Origin: Gemmatimonadota bacterium
GTDB taxonomy: Bacteria; Gemmatimonadota; Gemmatimonadetes; Gemmatimonadales; GWC2-71-9
Direction: 5' to 3'
DNA length: 64,000 bases
Assembly (NCBI GenBank): GCA_003222115.1
Contig: QHUL01000069.1
Coordinates: 12,417-76,416, forward strand
Part shown: piece by piece, positions 60,567 through 64,000 of the stretch
How the letters are laid out: each line of letters begins with the position of its first letter
Numbering within the stretch: the stretch's first letter is position 1
Position numbers and translations under genes: made by a program
The notes under the pieces: model-generated
What the model was told of the DNA's origin: nothing
Databases searched by the model: none
The model's input: the letters and a program-made list of their open reading frames with translations, nothing else

Positions 60567-61541
60567 GTGACGGCGTGGCTGGTGCGGCGCGTCGCCGCCG
60601 CGATCGCCATCGTCTGGGCGGTCGTCACCGTCACCTTCGTCCTGGTCCATGTCGCTCCGGGAACGCCGTTTCTGCCGCCCGCCGAGACGCCCGTCGATCC
60701 CGCCGTGCTCGAGCGGCTGCGGAGCCAGTTCGGGCTCGATCGCCCCTTGTCGGAGCAGTATGTCCGCTATCTGCGCGAGATCGCCCGTGGCAATCTGGGC
60801 GAGTCGTTCGCGCTCCACCGCCCCGTCGCCGACGCGCTGGCCGAGGCGCTGCCCAACACGCTGACGCTGGCCGGCGCCGCCTTGTGCATCGAGTTCGTGC
60901 TGGGTCTGGCGCTGGGTGTCTACCAGGCGGCGCGAGCCCGCCGGTTCGGCGATGTCGCCCTGGGCAACGCCACGTTGTTCCTCTATTCGGTGCCCACCTT
61001 CTGGCTGGGGCTGCTGCTGCTGGTCGTCTTCGGGCAATGGCTGCGCTGGTTCCCGGTCGGGGGCGTGGTGGACGTGGTGACGCACGAGTCGCTGCCGTGG
61101 GCGGGCCGTGTGGCCGACCGGCTGTGGCACCTCGCGCTCCCCGCGGGCACGCTGGGCCTGGTGGGCGCGGCGGCCACCGCCCGCTTCGAGCGGGCCGCGA
61201 TGCTCGAGGTCCTGGGCCAGGACTACGTCCGCACTGCCCGAGCGAAAGGACTCCCGGAGCGCCGCGTGGTGCTGGGACACGCGCTCCGCAACGCGCTGCT
61301 TCCCTTCGTCACGCTGTTCGGCTTGGCGTTTCCGTTTCTCCTCACCGGCGCCGTGCTCGTGGAGACGGTGTTCGCGTGGCCGGGCATGGGCCGCCTGGCG
61401 GCAGAGGCGATTTTCCGACGGGACTACCCTGTGGTGACCGCCGCGGCGATGCTGGCGAGCGGGATGGTCGTGCTCGGAAGCCTGCTCGCCGACCTCTTGT
61501 ACGCGGCGGCCGACCCGCGCATCCGGACGAGCGCCGCGTGA
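60567..61541 (+). CDS. ABC transporter permease (DppB/OppB-like)
   Basis: GTG 60567. EAA-like loop [25 protein letters not shown]. Confidence 0.88.
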   Translation: MTAWLVRRVAAAIAIVWAVVTVTFVLVHVAPGTPFLPPAETPVDPAVLERLRSQFGLDRPLSEQYVRYLREIARGNLGESFALHRPVADALAEALPNTLTLAGAALCIEFVLGLALGVYQAARARRFGDVALGNATLFLYSVPTFWLGLLLLVVFGQWLRWFPVGGVVDVVTHESLPWAGRVADRLWHLALPAGTLGLVGAAATARFERAAMLEVLGQDYVRTARAKGLPERRVVLGHALRNALLPFVTLFGLAFPFLLTGAVLVETVFAWPGMGRLAAEAIFRRDYPVVTAAAMLASGMVVLGSLLADLLYAAADPRIRTSAA

Positions 61542-62464
61542 ACGTGCGGGCCTGGCTGGCCCTGCTCGGCGCGATCGCCGTGGCCCTCGCGGCGGTGGGC
61601 GAGGCGCGGCGGCTGGCCGCCCGCGGCAGTCGCGGGCGCCGCTTCTTCCGTCACGCCACAGCGTCCGGCGGCCTCTTCGTGCTCGCCTTCTTCACGACCG
61701 TGGCCGTGGCGGCGCCGCTCGTCGCGCCCTATCCGCCCTCCAGCATGCCCGAGATCGTCGCGCTGCGCGACGCGCCGCCGTCGCTCGCCCACCCGCTCGG
61801 GACGGATCTCTACAGTCGCGATGTGTGGAGCCGCCTCGTGTACGGCGCGCGGGTGTCGCTCGGCATCGGGGCGCTCGCGATGCTCGTCGCCCTGACCGTG
61901 GGCGCGGCCGCCGGCGCCGTGGCGGGCTACGCCCGGCGCTGGGTCGACCCCGTCCTCATGCGGCTCGTGGACGTGGGGCTGTCGATCCCACGCATCTTCG
62001 TATTGCTGATGGCCGTCGCGCTGTGGGAGCGCTTGCCGGTCAGCGCCCTGGTGCTCGTGATCGGACTGACCGGGTGGTTCGGGACGAGCCGCCTCGTCCG
62101 CGCGGAAGTCCTGTCGCTGCGCGAGCGCGAGTTCGTCGCCGCCGCGCGCGCTCTCGGCGCCCGGCCGGCACGCATCATCCTGCGCCACGTCCTCCCCAAC
62201 GTCGCCGCCCCGCTGATCGTGTCCGCCGCGCTCGGCATCGGCAGCGTCATGCTGCTCGAGGCCAGCCTGTCGTTCCTCGGCATCGGCGTGCCGTCCCCGG
62301 TCCCGAGCTGGGGGAACATGATCGCCGACGGCAAGGATCAGCTCGCGACTGCCCCGTGGACCTCGCTGTTTCCGGGACTCGCCATCGCGGTCGTCGTGAT
62401 GGCGCTCACCGCGGTCGGCGACGCGCTGCGGGATGCCCTCGATCCCGGCCGGGAGACGGCGTGA
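61538..62464 (+). CDS. ABC transporter permease (DppC/OppC-like)
   Basis: GTG 61538 overlaps the upstream stop. [43 protein letters not shown]. Confidence 0.88.
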   Translation: MNVRAWLALLGAIAVALAAVGEARRLAARGSRGRRFFRHATASGGLFVLAFFTTVAVAAPLVAPYPPSSMPEIVALRDAPPSLAHPLGTDLYSRDVWSRLVYGARVSLGIGALAMLVALTVGAAAGAVAGYARRWVDPVLMRLVDVGLSIPRIFVLLMAVALWERLPVSALVLVIGLTGWFGTSRLVRAEVLSLREREFVAAARALGARPARIILRHVLPNVAAPLIVSAALGIGSVMLLEASLSFLGIGVPSPVPSWGNMIADGKDQLATAPWTSLFPGLAIAVVVMALTAVGDALRDALDPGRETA

Positions 62465-63489
62465 CGGAGCCCTTGCTGCGGGTGCGCGATCTCAAGACGT
62501 ATTTCGTCACCGAGCGCGGCGGCGGCACGGCGCGCGCCGTCGACGGCGTGTCCTTCGACGTCCATCCCGGCGAGACCCTCGGCATCGTCGGGGAGTCGGG
62601 GTGCGGCAAGACCGTGACGTCGCTCTCGATCCTGCGCCTCATCCCGGAGCCGCCGGGGCACATCCTCTCGGGCAGCCTGATCGAATTCGAGGGGCGGAAC
62701 CTGCTGACGCTCCGCCCCCCCGAGCTGCGCGCCATCCGCGGCAACGAGGTCGCGATGATCTTCCAGGAGCCGATGACGTCGCTCAACCCCGTGTTCACGG
62801 TGGGCGACCAGATCGCCGAGGCCGCGATCGTGCACCAGCGGCTGCCCCGCAAGCGGGCGCGCGCCCGCGCCATCGAGATGCTGCGCCTCGTCGGCATCCC
62901 CGATCCCGAGGAGCGCGTGGATCACTACCCGCACCAACTGTCGGGCGGCATGAGCCAGCGGGTGATGATCGCGATGGCACTCGTGTGCCACCCCAAGCTC
63001 CTCATCGCCGACGAGCCGACGACGGCGCTCGACGTGACGATTCAGGCCCAGATCCTCGAGCTGCTCGACCGCCTGCAAGCCGAGCTCGGCATGGCGGTCC
63101 TGCTGATCACGCACGACCTCGGAATCGTGGCCGGGACGTCGGATCGCGTGGTCGTGATGTATGCGGGCCAGGTGGTGGAGACCGCGGCGACGCCCGAGCT
63201 GTTCGCGCACCCGCTCCACCCCTACACGGAGGGGCTGATGGCCGCGGTGCCCCGGATTGACACGCGGGTGAGCCAGGTGCGGGGGCGTTTGCACACCATC
63301 CCCGGCCAGGTCCCCGCGGCGAGCGCGTGGCCCGCGGGCTGCCGGTTCCACCCGCGCTGCCCGTACGCGTGGGACCGCTGCACCGTCGAGGAGCCGCCGC
63401 TGCTTGACGCGGGGCGGGGCGAGCCCGGCAGCCACGCGGTGCGGTGCTGGCTCCTCACCGAGCCCCGGCGCCGGACCCGCCAGGCGTGA
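62461..63489 (+). CDS. ABC transporter ATP-binding protein (DppD/OppD-like)
   Basis: [30 protein letters not shown]-terminal oligopeptide domain. Confidence 0.92.
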   Translation: MTEPLLRVRDLKTYFVTERGGGTARAVDGVSFDVHPGETLGIVGESGCGKTVTSLSILRLIPEPPGHILSGSLIEFEGRNLLTLRPPELRAIRGNEVAMIFQEPMTSLNPVFTVGDQIAEAAIVHQRLPRKRARARAIEMLRLVGIPDPEERVDHYPHQLSGGMSQRVMIAMALVCHPKLLIADEPTTALDVTIQAQILELLDRLQAELGMAVLLITHDLGIVAGTSDRVVVMYAGQVVETAATPELFAHPLHPYTEGLMAAVPRIDTRVSQVRGRLHTIPGQVPAASAWPAGCRFHPRCPYAWDRCTVEEPPLLDAGRGEPGSHAVRCWLLTEPRRRTRQA

Positions 63490-64000
63490 CGACCGTCGCG
63501 CCGCTCGTCGAGGTGGACGGGCTCGTGAAGCATTTTCCCGGCGATCGCGGGCCGTGGCCGCTCGCGCGCCGGCGGCGGCCGGTGCGCGCGGTGGACGGCG
63601 TCTCGCTACGCATCGCGGCCGGCCGCACCCTGGGCCTGGTGGGGGAGTCGGGTTGCGGCAAGTCCACCGTGGGACGCTCGATTCTCCGACTGATCGAGCC
63701 CGACGCCGGCCGCGTCGTACTCGACGGCGTCGACGTGCTCGCCTGCCGCCCGCGGGAGCTGCGAGCGCTGCGCCGTCGCATGCAGATCGTGTTCCAGGAT
63801 CCGTACGGCTCGCTCAACCCGCGGATGACCGTGCGCCAGGCGTTGCGTGAGCCGCTCGTGATTCATCACCTGGCCCGCGGCCCGGAGATCGACCGCCGAA
63901 TCGCGGGACTCCTCGAGGAAGTGGGGCTCGACGCCGCCTTCGCCGACAGCTACCCCCACGAGCTGTCGGGCGGGCAGCGCCAGCGGGTGGGCATCGCCCG
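63486..64000 (+). CDS. ABC transporter ATP-binding protein (DppF/OppF-like), 3' end cut by window edge
   Basis: GTG 63486 overlaps the upstream stop. My own translation gives GESGCGKST and [12 protein letters not shown]. Not in the ORF track because no stop lies in the window. Confidence 0.88.
   Translation, partial: MTTVAPLVEVDGLVKHFPGDRGPWPLARRRRPVRAVDGVSLRIAAGRTLGLVGESGCGKSTVGRSILRLIEPDAGRVVLDGVDVLACRPRELRALRRRMQIVFQDPYGSLNPRMTVRQALREPLVIHHLARGPEIDRRIAGLLEEVGLDAAFADSYPHELSGGQRQRVGIA

Overview
The window is a very GC-rich, densely packed bacterial chromosomal segment. Protein signatures suggest a Gemmatimonadota- or Acidobacteriota-like organism, but that is a guess I cannot verify here. 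I call about 60 protein genes and see no rRNA, tRNA, CRISPR array, transposase or integrase. Many large ORFs in the six-frame track are antisense shadow ORFs typical of high-GC DNA. Real genes are often translationally coupled by 4-nt ATGA or GTGA start/stop overlaps, and I used these overlaps to pick starts. Housekeeping content:
- a variant cytochrome c maturation cluster (ccmE/F/H plus a CcmI-like zinc-ribbon gene)
- glpK, mtnA, a DciA-like gene with gyrB, and ligA
- tldD/pmbA, folE, deoA, tdk, coaE and HU
- gcvH, gcvP and a lipoate ligase
- a peptide ABC importer, several peptidases (M23, two M24, S8) and a hybrid histidine kinase

Five items stand out:
1. Nine intergenic or 5'-coding hairpins share one design: tandem short units (mostly heptamers), a spacer, then the reverse-complement units. 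One of them carries a low-GC3 four-helix-bundle gene (23S rRNA intervening-sequence protein / Avd-like family) in its loop. Three are read through in frame inside genes.
2. A long minus-strand operon carries an archaeal-style NurA-HerA-Mre11-Rad50 end-resection set. A lipoprotein gene interrupts it, and two methyltransferase genes and a GNAT gene flank it.
3. A GrdB-family gene is split by one in-frame TGA inside a UxxC motif, with a hairpin at SECIS distance. This is a candidate selenoprotein.
4. CcmE has CxxxY in place of HxxxY.
5. A DEAD-box-like protein has all catalytic motifs replaced but keeps a DbpA RNA-binding domain.

All coordinates and motif readings were made by eye from the sequence. 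No database search was run.
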